Both the position numbers and the translations under genes were made by a program. DNA of 60,741 bases from Macrostomum lignano. Its lineage: Eukaryota. The notes below the pieces were generated by a model, which was given only the letters and a program-made list of their open reading frames with translations, was not told where the DNA came from and made no database searches. The stretch covers positions 1-60,741 of the forward strand of contig NIVC01004099.1 of assembly GCA_002269645.1 (NCBI GenBank), written 5' to 3'. Positions 39,818-52,224 of the stretch are shown piece by piece. Position 1 is the first letter of the stretch. Every line of letters begins with the position of its first letter.

Positions 39818-40212
39818 ATCTAGAGGGTGTCAGATGGGGCTCCAATCTAGAGGGTGTCAGATGGGGCTCCAATCTAGAGGGTGTCAGATGGGACTCCAAT
39901 CTAGAGGGTGTCAGATGGGGCTCCAATCTAGAGGGTGTCAGATGGGGCTCCAATCTAGAGGGTGTCAGATGGGACTCCAATCTAGAGGGTGTCAGATGGG
40001 ACTCCAATCTAGAGGCTGTCAGATGGGGCTCCAATCTAGAGGCTGTCAGATGGGGCTCCAATCTGGAGGGTGTCAGATGGGGCTCCAATCTAGAGGGTGT
40101 CAGATGGGGCTCCAATCTAGAGGGTGTCAGATGGGGCGCCAATCTAGAGGGTGCCAGATGGGGCGCCAATATAGAGGGTGTCAGATGGGGCTCAAATCTA
40201 GAGGGTGTCAGA
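39818..40212. repeat. 27-bp minisatellite (TCTAGAGGGTGTCAGATGGGGCTCCAA)n
   Basis: Direct tandem periodicity. Confidence 0.95.
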
Positions 40213-40320
40213 TAAGAACTACAAGCTAGTCGTTGGTGTCAAGTCGCACCAATCTTCCTTGTCAGAGGACTTCAATCTCAAGTTTCGATGATGCAATTGC
40301 TGACACAAAAGCCAATTTCT

Positions 40321-41475
40321 GATGGTGACTGTAGGGATGGTGACTGTAGGGATGGTGACTGTAGGGATGGTGACTGTAGGGATGGTGACTGTAGGGATGG
40401 TGACTGTAGGGATGGTGACTGTAGGGATGGTGACTGTAGGGATGGTGACTGTAGGGATAGTGACTGTAGGGATGGTGACTGTAGGGATGGTGACTGCAGG
40501 GATGGTGACTGTAGGGATGGTGACTGTATGGATGGTGACTGTAGGGATGGTGACTGTAGGGATGGTGACTGTAGGGATGGTGACTGTAGGGATGGTGACT
40601 GTAGGGATGGTGACTGTAGGGATGGTGACTGTAGGGATGGTGACTGTAGGGATGGTGACTGTAGGGATGGTGACTGCAGGGATGGTGACTGTAGGGATGG
40701 TGACTGTATGGATGGTGACTGTAGGGATGGTGACTGTAGGGATGGTGACTGCAGGGATGGTGACTGTAGGGATGGTGACTGTATGGATGGTGACTGTAGG
40801 GATGGTGACTGTAGGGATGGTGACTGTAGGGATGGTGACTGTAGGGATGGTGACTGTAGGGATGGTGACTGTAGGGATGGTGACTGTAGGGATGGTGACT
40901 GTAGGGATGGTGACTGTAGGGATGGTGACTGTAGGGATGGTGACTGTAGGGATGGTGACTGTAAGGATGGGGACTGTAGGGATGGTGACTGTAGGGATGG
41001 TGACTGTAGGGATGGTGACTGTAGGGATGGTGACTGTAGGGATGGTGACTGTAGGGATGGTGACTGTAGGGTTGGTGACTGTAGGGATGGTGACTGTAGG
41101 GATGGTGACTGTAGGGATGATGACTGTAGGGATGGTGACTGTAAAGATGGTGACTGTAGGGATGGTGACTGTAGGGATGGTGACTGTAGGGATGATGACT
41201 GTAGGGATGATGACTGTAGGGATGGTGACTGTAAAGATGGTGACTGTAGGGATGGTGACTGTAGGGATGGTGACTGTAGGGATGGTGACTGTAGGGATGG
41301 TGACTGTAGGGATGGTGACTGTAGGGATGGTGACTGTAGGGATGGTGACTGTAGGGATGGTGACTGTAGGGATGGTGACTGTAGGGATGGTGACTGTAGG
41401 GATGGTGACTGTAGGGATGGTGACTGTAGGGATGGTGACTGTAGGGATGGTGACTGTAGGGATGGTGACTGTAGA
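40321..41475. repeat. 15-bp minisatellite (GATGGTGACTGTAGG)n, array 1
   Basis: Direct tandem periodicity. Confidence 0.97.
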
Positions 41476-43144
41476 GACTGTCTGATACATGCATCTGATT
41501 TGTCTCCCTGATTCATGTTGTCTAAAATTGATGATGCATCTTCTGTCCCAATGCTTCATTGATTGAAGTTGGCGGAAGCAACTGTACTTCAATCTCTGTG
41601 GCTTCCATAAAAGAAACGTAAGTGACCAATTGGTACAGCTCCACTAACAAAATATCCATTCCATCAGATTTTTATAGCTCTACTAAAAACCAATCCATTC
41701 CACTAGAGAGCCTGAGAAGTGGGCCTTTATGATGGAGAATCGCCTCTGGCCAATCGCACTGAATCGAACCACAGTTCATGCAATTTTTCGCTTTTTTCGA
41801 AGACGCATTTTGGCTGAGCTGCTCAGTCTCTCAACTGCAGTCTCGGGCTTCATCAGTTGTTTATCATTAAAGTGCAGCCGAGCTCTGGCAGCGCATCTCA
41901 ATTCTGTCCAGCTCTCTGCCGCAGCAATGCACTGCATTTTGCATTCCTGCTAACAATGGCTGTTAACAATAGTTATTTATGACAGAATAACGCAGTGTTG
42001 AGGCGTAGGGAGAGGGTGGTTAGAGAGGCCAGCTCAACCTCAAGCAGCAATTATCTCTGCTCGCTCGCTACTCTCAGGACAGCACATCGACCGCTCTGCC
42101 AGCCTCCCTGCGGTTTAAATGCGCGATCTTTCCAGCCTCTGCGGTTTCCGGGGGCAACCAGCAGTGCTGTACTCAGTCTCTTTTGAGTAGGTGAGCTTGA
42201 TGGAGCTGCATTCTAGCTATATTTTTTGTTTATCGTCTCTGAGACAGGGGTTTCGGGGGGTTGGGTGGTTCGAGAGGCCAGTATGAGGTGATTACGAACT
42301 CGAGCAGTTTTCTATTTGCAGCTGCGAGTGCTGAGCTGGGTGGGGCCGTTCCAGATGAAGGTCAGAGACTGCGAGATCATTTTCGGCGCTTTTCTTTTGC
42401 CATTTTGCCTCAGGCGATGCTCTTCTTTGGGTGCAGTGGCTGCAGCGGAGGGTCAGGACAAGAGTTTGGAGCTGTGGATTTTTTAAAAAGCAGAACGCAT
42501 CGAAATCAGAGATCAAGTGTGTAGTAATCGACGCGAGGCCAGTAGAATTTGCTGAATAAGAAGTTAGCCCCCATTTGGGCATTGAATGCGATTTATATAT
42601 TTGAAGTCTAAGGGTTCGCTCCGAGAGCAACGTGCACTTGAGTATTGTGGATGTACATTAGTTTGATGTACATTGCAAATTGACAAGGGCGCAGGGCGCA
42701 AGGTAGAATAGAGTACAACAAAGTGCATCTGCAGGCTCTTAAACTAATCAGTATTCGCAGTAGCGCTGCGGGCTCTCTGGCGCAACACCTTCGACGGCAT
42801 CGTACCGCAACCAGCGCTGACGGCGACTCCTGAGCCATGCAAGCGCGCCAATGCTGTACGCAGGCACAGCAGTCATGCACACGCTCACACAGGGTGTACA
42901 GCGGCTCCGACTTTCTTATCCTGTCAGGCACGTACACTCTGTGCCAGGGGGTTGGCCGGCTGTGAGTCGCACGGAAACTCACTGGGCCAATTTTTCCTGC
43001 TCACACAAGCCCGAGTGATTGCGGCCGCGCTCGAATCGAACCCAGGGTCGAGGCAAGAGAGTCTGACGGGTTTGGCGCTGCTCTGCTCCTGTTTGCAAAC
43101 CCTTTGCTCAGATTTAATTGCGATTCCACTAATCCGACTGGGAC

Positions 43145-43505
43145 GTCCCCTGTCTCTTGCCGGGCACCCCTGTCTCTTGCCGGGCACCCCTGTCTCTTGC
43201 CGGGCACCCCTGTCTCTTGCCGGGCACCCCTGTCTCTTGCCGGGCACCCCTGTCTCTTGCCGGGCGCCCCTGTTTCTTGCCGGGCACCCCTGTCTCTTGC
43301 CGGGCACCCCTGTCTCTTGCCGGGCACCCCTGTTTCTTGCCGGGCACCCCTGTCTCTTGCCGGGCACCCCTGTCTCTTGCCGGGCACCCCTGTCTCTTGC
43401 CGGGCACCCCTGTCTTTTGCCGGGCACCCCTGTCTCTAGCCGGGCACCCCTGTCTCTTGCCGGGCACCCCTGTCTCCTGCCGGGTGCCCCTGTCTCTTGC
43501 CGGGC
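43145..43505. repeat. 20-bp minisatellite (CCCCTGTCTCTTGCCGGGCA)n, array 1
   Basis: Direct tandem periodicity. Confidence 0.95.
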
Positions 43506-43524
43506 GGTTCTGATTCTGAATGTC

Positions 43525-44172
43525 GGGATGGTGACTGTAGGGATAGTGACTGTAGGGATAGTGACTGTCGGGATGGTGACTGTAGGGATAGTGACTGTAG
43601 GGATAGTGACTGTAGGGATGGTGACTGTAGGGATGGTGACTGTAGGGATGATGACTGTAGGGATGGTAACTGTAGGGATGGGCACTGTAGGGATGGTGAC
43701 TGTAGGGATGGTGACTGTAGGGATGGTGACTGTAGGGATGGTGACTGTAGGGGTGGTGACTGTAGGGGTGGTGACTGTAGGGGTGGTGACTGTAGGTGTG
43801 GTGACTGTAGCGGTGGTGACTGTAGGGGTGGTGACTGTAGGGGTGGTGACTGTAGGGGTGGTGACTGTAGGGATGGGCACTGTAGGGATGGTGACTGTAG
43901 GGATGGTGACTGTAGGGATGGTGACTGTAGGGATGGTGACTGTAGGGATGGTGACTGTAGGGATGGTGACTGTAGGGATGGTGACTGTAGGGATGGTGAC
44001 TGTAGGGATGGTGACTGTAGGGATGGTGACTGTAGGGATGGTGACTGTAGGGATGGTGACTGTAGGGATGGTGACTGTAGGGATGGTGACTGTAGGGATG
44101 GTGACTGTAGGGATGGTGACTGTAGGGATGGTGACTGTAGGGATGGTGACTGTAGGGATGGTGACTGTAGAG
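43525..44172. repeat. 15-bp minisatellite (GATGGTGACTGTAGG)n, array 2
   Basis: Direct tandem periodicity. Confidence 0.97.
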
Positions 44173-45639
44173 ACTGTCTGATACATGCATCTGATTTGTC
44201 TCCCTCATTCATGTTGTCTAAAATTGATGATGCATCTTCTGTCCCAATGCTTCATTGATTGAAGTTGGCGAAAGCAACTGTACTTCAATCTCTGTGGCTT
44301 CCATGAAGGAAACGTAAGTGACCAATTGGTACAGCTCCACTAAAAACCAATCCATTCCACCAGATTGGTACAGCTCCACTAAAAACCAATCCATTCCACC
44401 AGATTGTTATCGCCTCAGAGAATCGCCTCAGGCCAATCGCACTGAATTGAACCACAGTTCATGCAATTTTTCGTTTTTTTCGAAGACGCATTTCGGCTGA
44501 GCTGCTCAGCCTCTCAACTGCAGTCTCGGGCTTCATCAGTTGTTTACCATTAAAGTGCAGCCGAGCTCTGGCAGCCTATCTCTCTTCTATCCAGCTCTCG
44601 GCCGCAGCAATGCACTGCATTTTGCAGTCCTGCTAACAATGGCTGTTAACAATAGTTATTTATGACAGAATAACGCAGTCTTGAGGCGTATAGGGAGCGG
44701 GTGGGTAGAGAGGCCAGCTCAAACTCAAGCAGCAATTATCTCTGCTCGCTCGCTATTCTCAGGCCAGCACACGGCTCTGCCAGCCTCCCTGCGGTTTAAA
44801 GGCCAGCTCTGTCCAGGCTTTGCGGTTGCCGGGGCAACCAGCAGTGCTGTACTCAGTCTGTTTTGAGTAGTCAGCTGGGTGAGGCTGCATTCTAGCTGGA
44901 CTTGTTTATTGCATCTGAGACAGGGGTTACGGGGGGTTGGGTGGTTCGAGAGGCCAGTATGGGGTGATTACGAACTCGAAAAGTTTTCTCTTTGCCAGCT
45001 TGTATCACGCCAGACTATCGCACTGCGAGTGCTGAGCTGGGTGGGGCCGTTCCAGATGAAGGTCAGAGACTGCGAGCGCATTTTCAGTGATTTGTTTTTG
45101 CAATGTTGCCTCAGGCGCTGCTCTTCAGCTGCAGTGTCTGGAGCGGCAGGTCAAGACAAGATTTTGGCGCTGCGGTTTCTTAAACAGCAGAACGCATAGA
45201 AATCAGAGATGAAGCGCATCTGCAGGCTCTTAAATAAATCAGTATTCACAGGAGCGCTGCGGGCTCTCTGGCGCAACGCTTTCGGCGGCATCGTGACGCA
45301 ACCAGTGCTGACGGCGACTCCTGAGCCATGCAAGCGCGCCAATGCTGTACGCAGGCACAGCACTCATGCACACGCTCACACAGGGTGTACAGCGGCTCCG
45401 ACTTTCTTATCCTGTCAGGCATGTACACTTTCTGTGCCTTGGGGGCCGGCCGGCTGCGAATCACACTAAAACTCATTGGGCCAAATTTTCCTGCTCACAC
45501 AAGCCCGAGTGAGTGCGGCCGCGCTCGGAATCGAACCCAGGGTCACGGTGGGAGAATCCGGCGAGTTTGGCGCTGCTCTGCCCGTGTTCGCAAACCCTTT
45601 GCTCAAATTCAGTTGCAATTCAACTAATCCGACTGGGAG

Positions 45640-46595
45640 CGCCCCTGTCTCTTGCCGGGCACCCCTGTCTCTTGCCGGGTACCCCTGTCTCTTGCCGGGC
45701 ACCCATGTCTCTTGCCGGGCACCCCTGTCTCTTGCCGGGCACCCCTGTCTCTTGCCGGGCACCCCTGTCTCTTGCCGGGCACCCCTGTCTCTTGCGGGCG
45801 CCCCTGTCTCTTGCCGGGCACCCCTGTCTCTTGCCGGGTACCCCTGTCTCTTGCCGGGCAATCCTGTCTCTTGCCGGGCACCCCTGTCTCTTGCCGGGCG
45901 CCCCTGTCTCTTGCCGGGCACCCCTGTCTCTTGCCGGGCACCCCTGTCTCTTGCCGGGCACCCCTGTCTCTTGCCGGGCGCCCCTGTCTCTTGCCGGGCA
46001 CCCCTGTCTCTTGCCGGGTACCCCTGTCTCTTGCCGGGCAATCCTGTCTCTTGCCGGGCACCCCTGTCTCTTGCCGGGCGCCCCTGTCTCTTGCCGGGCA
46101 CCCCTGTCTCTTGCCGGGCACCCCTGTCTCTTGCCGGGCACCCCTGTCTCTTGCCGGGCGCCCCTGTCTCTTGCCGGGCACCCCTGTCTCTTGCCGGGCG
46201 CCCCTGTCTCTTGCCGGGCACCCCTGTCTCTTGCCGGGTACCCCTGTCTCTTGCCGGGCAATCCTGTCTCTTGCCGGGCACCCCTGTCTCTTGCCGGGCG
46301 CCCCTGTCTCTTGCCGGGCACCCCTGTCTCTTGCCGGGCACCCCTGTCTCTTGCCGGGCACCCCTGTCTCTTGCCGGGCGCCCCTGTCTCTTGCCGGGCA
46401 CCCCTGTCTCTTGCCGGGCGCCCCTGTCTCTTGCCGGGTACCCCTGTCTCTTGCCGGGCACCCCTGTCTCTTGCCGGGCATCCCTGTCTCTTGCCGGGCA
46501 CCCCTGTCTCTTGTCGAGCACCCCTGTCTCTTGCCGGGCACCCCTGTCTCTTGCCGGGCATCCCTGTCTCTTGCCGGGCACCCCTGTCTCTTGCC
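45640..46595. repeat. 20-bp minisatellite (CCCCTGTCTCTTGCCGGGCA)n, array 2
   Basis: Direct tandem periodicity. Confidence 0.97.
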
Positions 46596-47240
46596 ACAGA
46601 GGCCGGTTGCCACCTGTTCAAAACATGAAACAGAAGGAGCGGCAGTGATGAGAGGCTTCTGCAGAAAAGCGAAAGAATTTCAATATTATTGCCGCTAAAT
46701 GCACTCGCCAAACTCAGCCCAGCAGACTCTCAACTGCCTGAGCTGCGCACGAGAGGAACAGGTGAAAGCATAGGAGAGTCGGGAGAGAGCCAGAGCCCTG
46801 TTGCCAGCCAGCCAATGCTCTGCAGCTGCTGCAGTTACGAAGGCCAGTGGGCAGAGTGAGAGAGAAAACTGGCCCAGTTTAGCAATGCATTTTCTGTACA
46901 TTTGACCGCCTCCTCAAACCGATGCACTGCGGGACTGAGCAGCATTTTACACCGCTCAGTGGGCCATTAAATGCATTTAAAGATCTCACACTGCACTCAG
47001 GCACAATGGGTCAGCTCAGCCTCATCAAGTACACCTTGGGGTGGCCGCTGCAGCCGCAGTCTCTCCGTTGCCATGCTGGGTGCACAGAGGCAAAAGCCCT
47101 CACGCTCGGGAGAGAAGTTTCGGTTGCTGAGGCCGGGGTGGTCAAGGGGTGGCCTCGCCAGAGGCTGCAAAAATGTGAGCAGCTGAGGAATGAGGCGTTA
47201 AAAATTTTCTGGCAACCCGCTGCACAAACCTTTGAAACAC

Positions 47241-47762
47241 CTGCCACTCTGACAGCAGCCGTGACTGACATCTGCCACTCTGACAGCAGCCGTGACTGAC
47301 ATCTTCCACTCTGACAGCAGCCGTGACTCACATCTGCCACTCTGACAGCAGCCGTGACTGACATCTGCCACTCTGACAGCAGCCGTGACTGACATCTGCC
47401 ACTCTGACAGCAGCCGTGACTGACATCTGCCACTCTGACAGCAGCCGTGGCTGACATCTGCCACTCTGACAGCAGCCGTGACTGACATCTGCCACTCTGA
47501 CAGCAGCCGTGACTGACATCTGCCACTCTGACAGCAGCCGTGACTGACATCTGCCACTCTGACAGCAGCCGTGACTGACCATCTGCCACTCTGACAGCAG
47601 CCGTGACTGACATCTGCCACTCTGACAGCAGCCGTGACTGACATCTGCCACTGGAACAGCAGCCGTAACTGACATCTGCCAGTCTGACAGCAGCCGTGAC
47701 TGACATCTGCCACTCTGACAGCAGCCGTGACTGACATCTGCCACTCTGACAGCAGCCGTGAC
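47241..47762. repeat. 31-bp minisatellite (CTGCCACTCTGACAGCAGCCGTGACTGACAT)n
   Basis: Direct tandem periodicity (47241 to 47272). Confidence 0.95.
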
Positions 47763-47907
47763 GGTTGAAAAAGCCTCTTCAAATATTGCTTCAAAAAGTA
47801 CAGCCGCAATCTTTCTTCCTCCCTCTTTCTCCCTTCCTCTCTCACCCTTTCTCTCTCTTAGTTTTTCTCCCACTTAACCTTTTTTATCCATACCGCTCTC
47901 CAGAACA

Positions 47908-50900
47908 ATGAGCCAAAATAAAAGCCGACATCAGCAACCGACCACCGAAAACATTACTGCTGCTGCACGTAATGGTCGTTTTCAAGACGTCAAGTTTCTT
48001 ATCCGAAAACTCAATGACCAATCAAACAGGGACACCTGCTGCATCAAAGCTGCCGAAAAAGCTGCATACAATGGTCACATTGGAATCGTCAAGTTTCTCA
48101 TCTCACAAATCAATGACCAATCAAACAGGGACACCTGCTGCATCAAAGCTGCCGAAAATGCTGCACTCTGTGGTCACTTTGAAATCGTCAAGTTTCTCCT
48201 CTCACAAAACAATGACCAATCAAACAGGGACACCTGCTGCATCAAAGCTGCCGAAAATGCTGCAGTCTGTGGTCACTTTGAAATCGTCAAGTTTCTCCTC
48301 TCACAAATCAATGACCAATCGAACAGGGACACCTGCTGCATCAAAGCTGCCGAAAAAGCCGCAAACGATGGTCATTTTGGAGTCGTCAAGTTTCTCGTCC
48401 CACAAATCAATGACCAATCGAACAGGGACACCTGCTGCATCAAAGCTGCCGAAAATGCTGCAAACAATGGTCACTTTGAAGTCGTCAAGTTTCTGCTCTC
48501 ACAAATCAATGGCCTATCGAACAGGGACACCTGCTGCATCAAAGCTTCCGAAAAAGCTGCAATCCGTGGTAACTTTAAATTCGTCAAGTTTCTCCTCTCA
48601 CAAATCAATAACCAATCGAACAGGGACACCTGCTGCATCAAAGCTGCCGAAAATGCTGCAAGTAATGGTTACATTGAAATCGTCAAGTTTCTCGTACCAC
48701 AAATCAATGGCCAATCGAACAGGGACACCTGCTGCATCAAAGCTGCCGAAAAAGCCGCAAACAATGGTCACTTTGAAATCGTCAAGTTTCTCGTACCACA
48801 AATCAATGGCCAATCGAACAGGGACACCTGCTGCATCAAAGCTGCCGAAAAAGCCTCAAACAATGGTCACTTTGAAATCGTCAAGTTTCTCGTACCACAA
48901 ATCAATAACCAATCGAAACGGGACACCTGCTGCATCGAAGCTGCCGAAAAAGCCGCAAACAATGGTCACTTTGAAGTCGTCAAGTTTCTCGTACCAGAAA
49001 TCAATGACCAATCGAACAGGGACACCTGCTGCATCAAAGCTGCCGAAAAAGCCGCAAACAATGGTCACTTTGAAATCGTCAAGTTTGTTGTACCACAAAT
49101 CAATGACCAATCGAACAGGGACACCTGCTGCATCAAAGCTGCCGAAAATGCTGCACTCCGTGGTCACTTTGAAATCGTCAAGTTTCTCCTCTCACAAATC
49201 AATGACCAATCGATCAGGGACACCTGCTGCATCAAAGCTGCCGAAAATGCCTCATACAATGGTCACTTTGAAGTCGTCAAGTTTCTCGTACCAGAAATCA
49301 ATGACCAATCGAACAGGGACACCTGCTGCATCAAAGCTGCCGAAAAAGCTGCAAACAATGGTCACTTTGAAATCGTCAAGTTTGTTGTACCACAAATCAA
49401 TGACCAATCGAACAGGGACACCTGCTGCATCAAAGCTGCCGAAAATGCTGCACTCCGTGGTCACTTTGAAATCGTCAAGTTTCTCCTCTCACAAATCAAT
49501 GACCAATCGATCAGGGACACCTGCTGCATCAAAGCTGCCGAAAATGCCTCATACAATGGTCACTTTGAAGTCGTCAAGTTTCTCGTACCAGAAATCAATG
49601 ACCAATCGAACAGGGACACCTGCTGCATCAAAGCTGCCGAAAAAGCTGCAAACAATGGTCACTTTGAAATCGTCAAGTTTGTTGTACCACAAATCAATGA
49701 CCAATCGAACAGGGACACCTGCTGCATCAAAGCTGCCGAAAATGCTGCAATGTGTGGTAACTTTGAAATCGTCAAGTTTTTCCTCTCACAAATCGATGAC
49801 CAATCGAACAGGGACACCTGCTGCATCAAAGCTGCCGAATATGCTGCACTCCGTGGTCACTTTAAAATCGTCAAGTTTCTCCTCTCACAAATCAATGACC
49901 AATCGAACAGGGACACCTGCTGCATCAAAGCTGCCGAAAAAGCCGCAAACAATGGTCACTTTGAAGTCGTCAAGTTTCTTGTACCACAAATCAATGACCA
50001 ATCAAACAGGGACACCTGCTGCAACAAAGCTGCCGAAAAAGCCGCAAACAATGGTCACTTTGAAGTCGTCAAGTTTCTTGTACCACAAATCAATGGCCTA
50101 TCGAACAGGGACACCTGCTGCATCAAAGCTGCCGAAAATGCTGCACTCCGTGGTCACTTTGAAATCGTCAAGTTTCTCCTCTCACAAATCAATGACCAAT
50201 CGATCAGGGACACCTGCTGCATCAAAGCTGCCGAAAAAGCTGCAATCCGTGGAAACTTTAAATTCGTCAAGTTTCTCCTCTCACAAATCAATGACCAATC
50301 GAACAGGGACACCTGCTGCATCAAAGCTGCCGAAAATGCTGCACTCCGTGGTCACTTTGAAATCGTCAAGTTTCTCCTCTCACAAATCAATGACCAATCG
50401 ATCAGGGACACCTGCTGCATCAAAGCTGCCGAAAATGCTGCAAACAATGGTCACTTTGAAGTCGTCAAGTTTCTCGTACCAGAAATCAATGACCAATCGA
50501 ACAGGGACACCTGCTGCATCAAAGCTGCCGAAAATGCTGCACTCCGTGGTCACTTTAAAATCGTCAAGTTTCTCCTCTCACAAATCAATGACCAATCGAT
50601 CAGGGACACCTGCTGCATCAAAGCTGCCGAAAAAGCCGCAAACAATGGTCACTTTGAAGTCGTCAAGTTTCTTGTACCACAAATCAATGACCAATCAAAC
50701 AGGGACACCTGCTGCAACAAAGCTGCCGAAAAAGCCGCAAACAATGGTCACTTTGAAGTCGTCAAGTTTCTGCTCTCACAAATCAATGGCCTATCGAACA
50801 GGGACACCTGCTGCATCAAAGCTGCCGAAAATGCTGCAGACAATGGTCACTTTGAAAGCGTCAAGTTTGTTGTATCACAAATCAATGACCAATCGAACAG

Positions 50901-52224
50901 GGACACCTGCTGCATCAAAGCTGCCGAAAATGCTGCACTCCGTGGTCACTTTGAAATCGTCAAGTTTCTCCTCTCACAAATCAATGACCAATCGAACAGG
51001 GACACCTGCTGCATCAAAGCTGCCGAAAAAGCTGCATACAATGGTCACATTGGAATCGTCAAGTTTCTCCTCTCACAAATCAATGACCAATCGAACAGGG
51101 ACACCTGCTGCATCAAAGCTGCCGAAAGTGCTGCAAACAATGGTCACTTTGAAGTCGTCAAGTTTCTGCTCTCACAAATCAATGGCCTATCGAACAGGGA
51201 CGCCTGCTGCATCAAAGCTGCCGAATATGCTGCACTCCGTGGTCACTTTGAAATCGTCAAGTTTCTCCTCTCACAATTCAATGACCAATCGAACAGGGAC
51301 ACCTGCTGCATCAAAGCTGCCGAAAATGCTGCAATCGGTGGTCACTTTAAAGTCGTTGATTTTTTTTTTTCGTGTCTCTCAAGTGCCGATCAGAAAGCGA
51401 ATCTCCGTTTCCAATGCGCAGTCGCTGCTTGCTCTCGTCTTCACGAAAATGTCGTTGCCTCCCTCAGCCTGGAGCCCGACTGGCTCTTCCAATCCAGCAG
51501 CACCCTCAACTTCATTGCAGCAATGGCCATCCAAGGCACCAACTCCGTTCTCACCGACACTCTCTCTCGAATGCAAGCAGCTGAAATCACACGCCTGCTC
51601 CGTCTCTCCATCTCTCAAAGACACGTCGCTCTTGCCGCTACACTGCTCAATCATGAGCGATTCAGCACACAGCATGTCGATCTCCCAGACGACAACACCC
51701 GAGCCACCGCTCTCATGCTCGCAGCTGATGCAGGTCATCACGAACTTATTCACAAACTAATCCATCTCGGTGCCTCACTGCACGCTCAAGACACTCACGG
51801 TCGCACTGCTCTGTCACGAGCCTGCCAAGCCGGTCACGTGCGAGCAGCCAAGACTCTCATCGACAATGGAGCCGATGCCAGCCATCAAGACAGTCAGGGC
51901 CTCACATGTGCGCAGCTCGCGCAGCAATTTGAGCAGCGGCAGGTGCTGCGGCTGCTGAATCCTACCGTGTCAGTTCCCTTTACTTACCTTTCCACATCAC
52001 ATCACTTCCCTACCTTACCTCGCTTTCCTTCACACATTCCAGAAATCGACAGCAGCCCAAGCCATCCGCTCACCGCCTCCATCTGTGAGTCTGACCGCTT
52101 TCAATGTCCCCTTCCTTCCTTGGGTTGTGCTTGGGCCACTCTGCAAATCCTACTACATATCGTGCAGATAGAGCCGGGTTTTCAGAATTTTGACGCAAAA
52201 AACGCAAATTATACTACTATCTGA
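47908..52224 (+). CDS. Ankyrin-repeat protein: ~34 near-identical atypical 33-aa repeats plus 2-3 canonical ankyrin repeats; the true 3' end is probably spliced after ~51965
   Basis: ATG-initiated open frame. The 99-bp unit is NDQSNRDTCCIKAAEKAANNGHFEVVKFLVPQI, followed by canonical TALMLAADAGH..LIHLGA..D.HGRTALSRACQAGH..LIDNGAD. Confidence 0.8.
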   Translation: MSQNKSRHQQPTTENITAAARNGRFQDVKFLIRKLNDQSNRDTCCIKAAEKAAYNGHIGIVKFLISQINDQSNRDTCCIKAAENAALCGHFEIVKFLLSQNNDQSNRDTCCIKAAENAAVCGHFEIVKFLLSQINDQSNRDTCCIKAAEKAANDGHFGVVKFLVPQINDQSNRDTCCIKAAENAANNGHFEVVKFLLSQINGLSNRDTCCIKASEKAAIRGNFKFVKFLLSQINNQSNRDTCCIKAAENAASNGYIEIVKFLVPQINGQSNRDTCCIKAAEKAANNGHFEIVKFLVPQINGQSNRDTCCIKAAEKASNNGHFEIVKFLVPQINNQSKRDTCCIEAAEKAANNGHFEVVKFLVPEINDQSNRDTCCIKAAEKAANNGHFEIVKFVVPQINDQSNRDTCCIKAAENAALRGHFEIVKFLLSQINDQSIRDTCCIKAAENASYNGHFEVVKFLVPEINDQSNRDTCCIKAAEKAANNGHFEIVKFVVPQINDQSNRDTCCIKAAENAALRGHFEIVKFLLSQINDQSIRDTCCIKAAENASYNGHFEVVKFLVPEINDQSNRDTCCIKAAEKAANNGHFEIVKFVVPQINDQSNRDTCCIKAAENAAMCGNFEIVKFFLSQIDDQSNRDTCCIKAAEYAALRGHFKIVKFLLSQINDQSNRDTCCIKAAEKAANNGHFEVVKFLVPQINDQSNRDTCCNKAAEKAANNGHFEVVKFLVPQINGLSNRDTCCIKAAENAALRGHFEIVKFLLSQINDQSIRDTCCIKAAEKAAIRGNFKFVKFLLSQINDQSNRDTCCIKAAENAALRGHFEIVKFLLSQINDQSIRDTCCIKAAENAANNGHFEVVKFLVPEINDQSNRDTCCIKAAENAALRGHFKIVKFLLSQINDQSIRDTCCIKAAEKAANNGHFEVVKFLVPQINDQSNRDTCCNKAAEKAANNGHFEVVKFLLSQINGLSNRDTCCIKAAENAADNGHFESVKFVVSQINDQSNRDTCCIKAAENAALRGHFEIVKFLLSQINDQSNRDTCCIKAAEKAAYNGHIGIVKFLLSQINDQSNRDTCCIKAAESAANNGHFEVVKFLLSQINGLSNRDACCIKAAEYAALRGHFEIVKFLLSQFNDQSNRDTCCIKAAENAAIGGHFKVVDFFFSCLSSADQKANLRFQCAVAACSRLHENVVASLSLEPDWLFQSSSTLNFIAAMAIQGTNSVLTDTLSRMQAAEITRLLRLSISQRHVALAATLLNHERFSTQHVDLPDDNTRATALMLAADAGHHELIHKLIHLGASLHAQDTHGRTALSRACQAGHVRAAKTLIDNGADASHQDSQGLTCAQLAQQFEQRQVLRLLNPTVSVPFTYLSTSHHFPTLPRFPSHIPEIDSSPSHPLTASICESDRFQCPLPSLGCAWATLQILLHIVQIEPGFQNFDAKNANYTTI

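Larger units (their letters stand above)
40321..46595. repeat. Tandem segmental duplication of a unit [15-bp array][~1.6 kb unique][20-bp array]: copies 40321-43505 and 43525-46595
   Basis: Unique segments 41476-43140 and 44173-45640 align (e.g. AGAGACTGTCTGATACATGCATCTGATTTGTCTCCCT at both starts) with substitutions and indels. Confidence 0.85.

Noticed and set aside
38777-39823. 348-aa ORF of (QLTSSAQQAVEQQILS)n
   Set aside because: It is a by-product of a stop-free 48-bp satellite, starts at GTG in the antisense of the hnRNP exon, and has no unique domain.
40219-46711. Many long ORFs (VTIPT, GDCRD, HHPYS, ARQETGVPGKRQG repeats)
   Set aside because: They are open in several frames on both strands because the 15- and 20-bp satellites lack stops; not credible proteins.
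47972-51760. 1262-aa alternative-frame ORF overlapping the ankyrin gene
   Set aside because: It is a shadow frame of the 99-bp repeat; the +1 frame has the ATG and the canonical ankyrin continuation.
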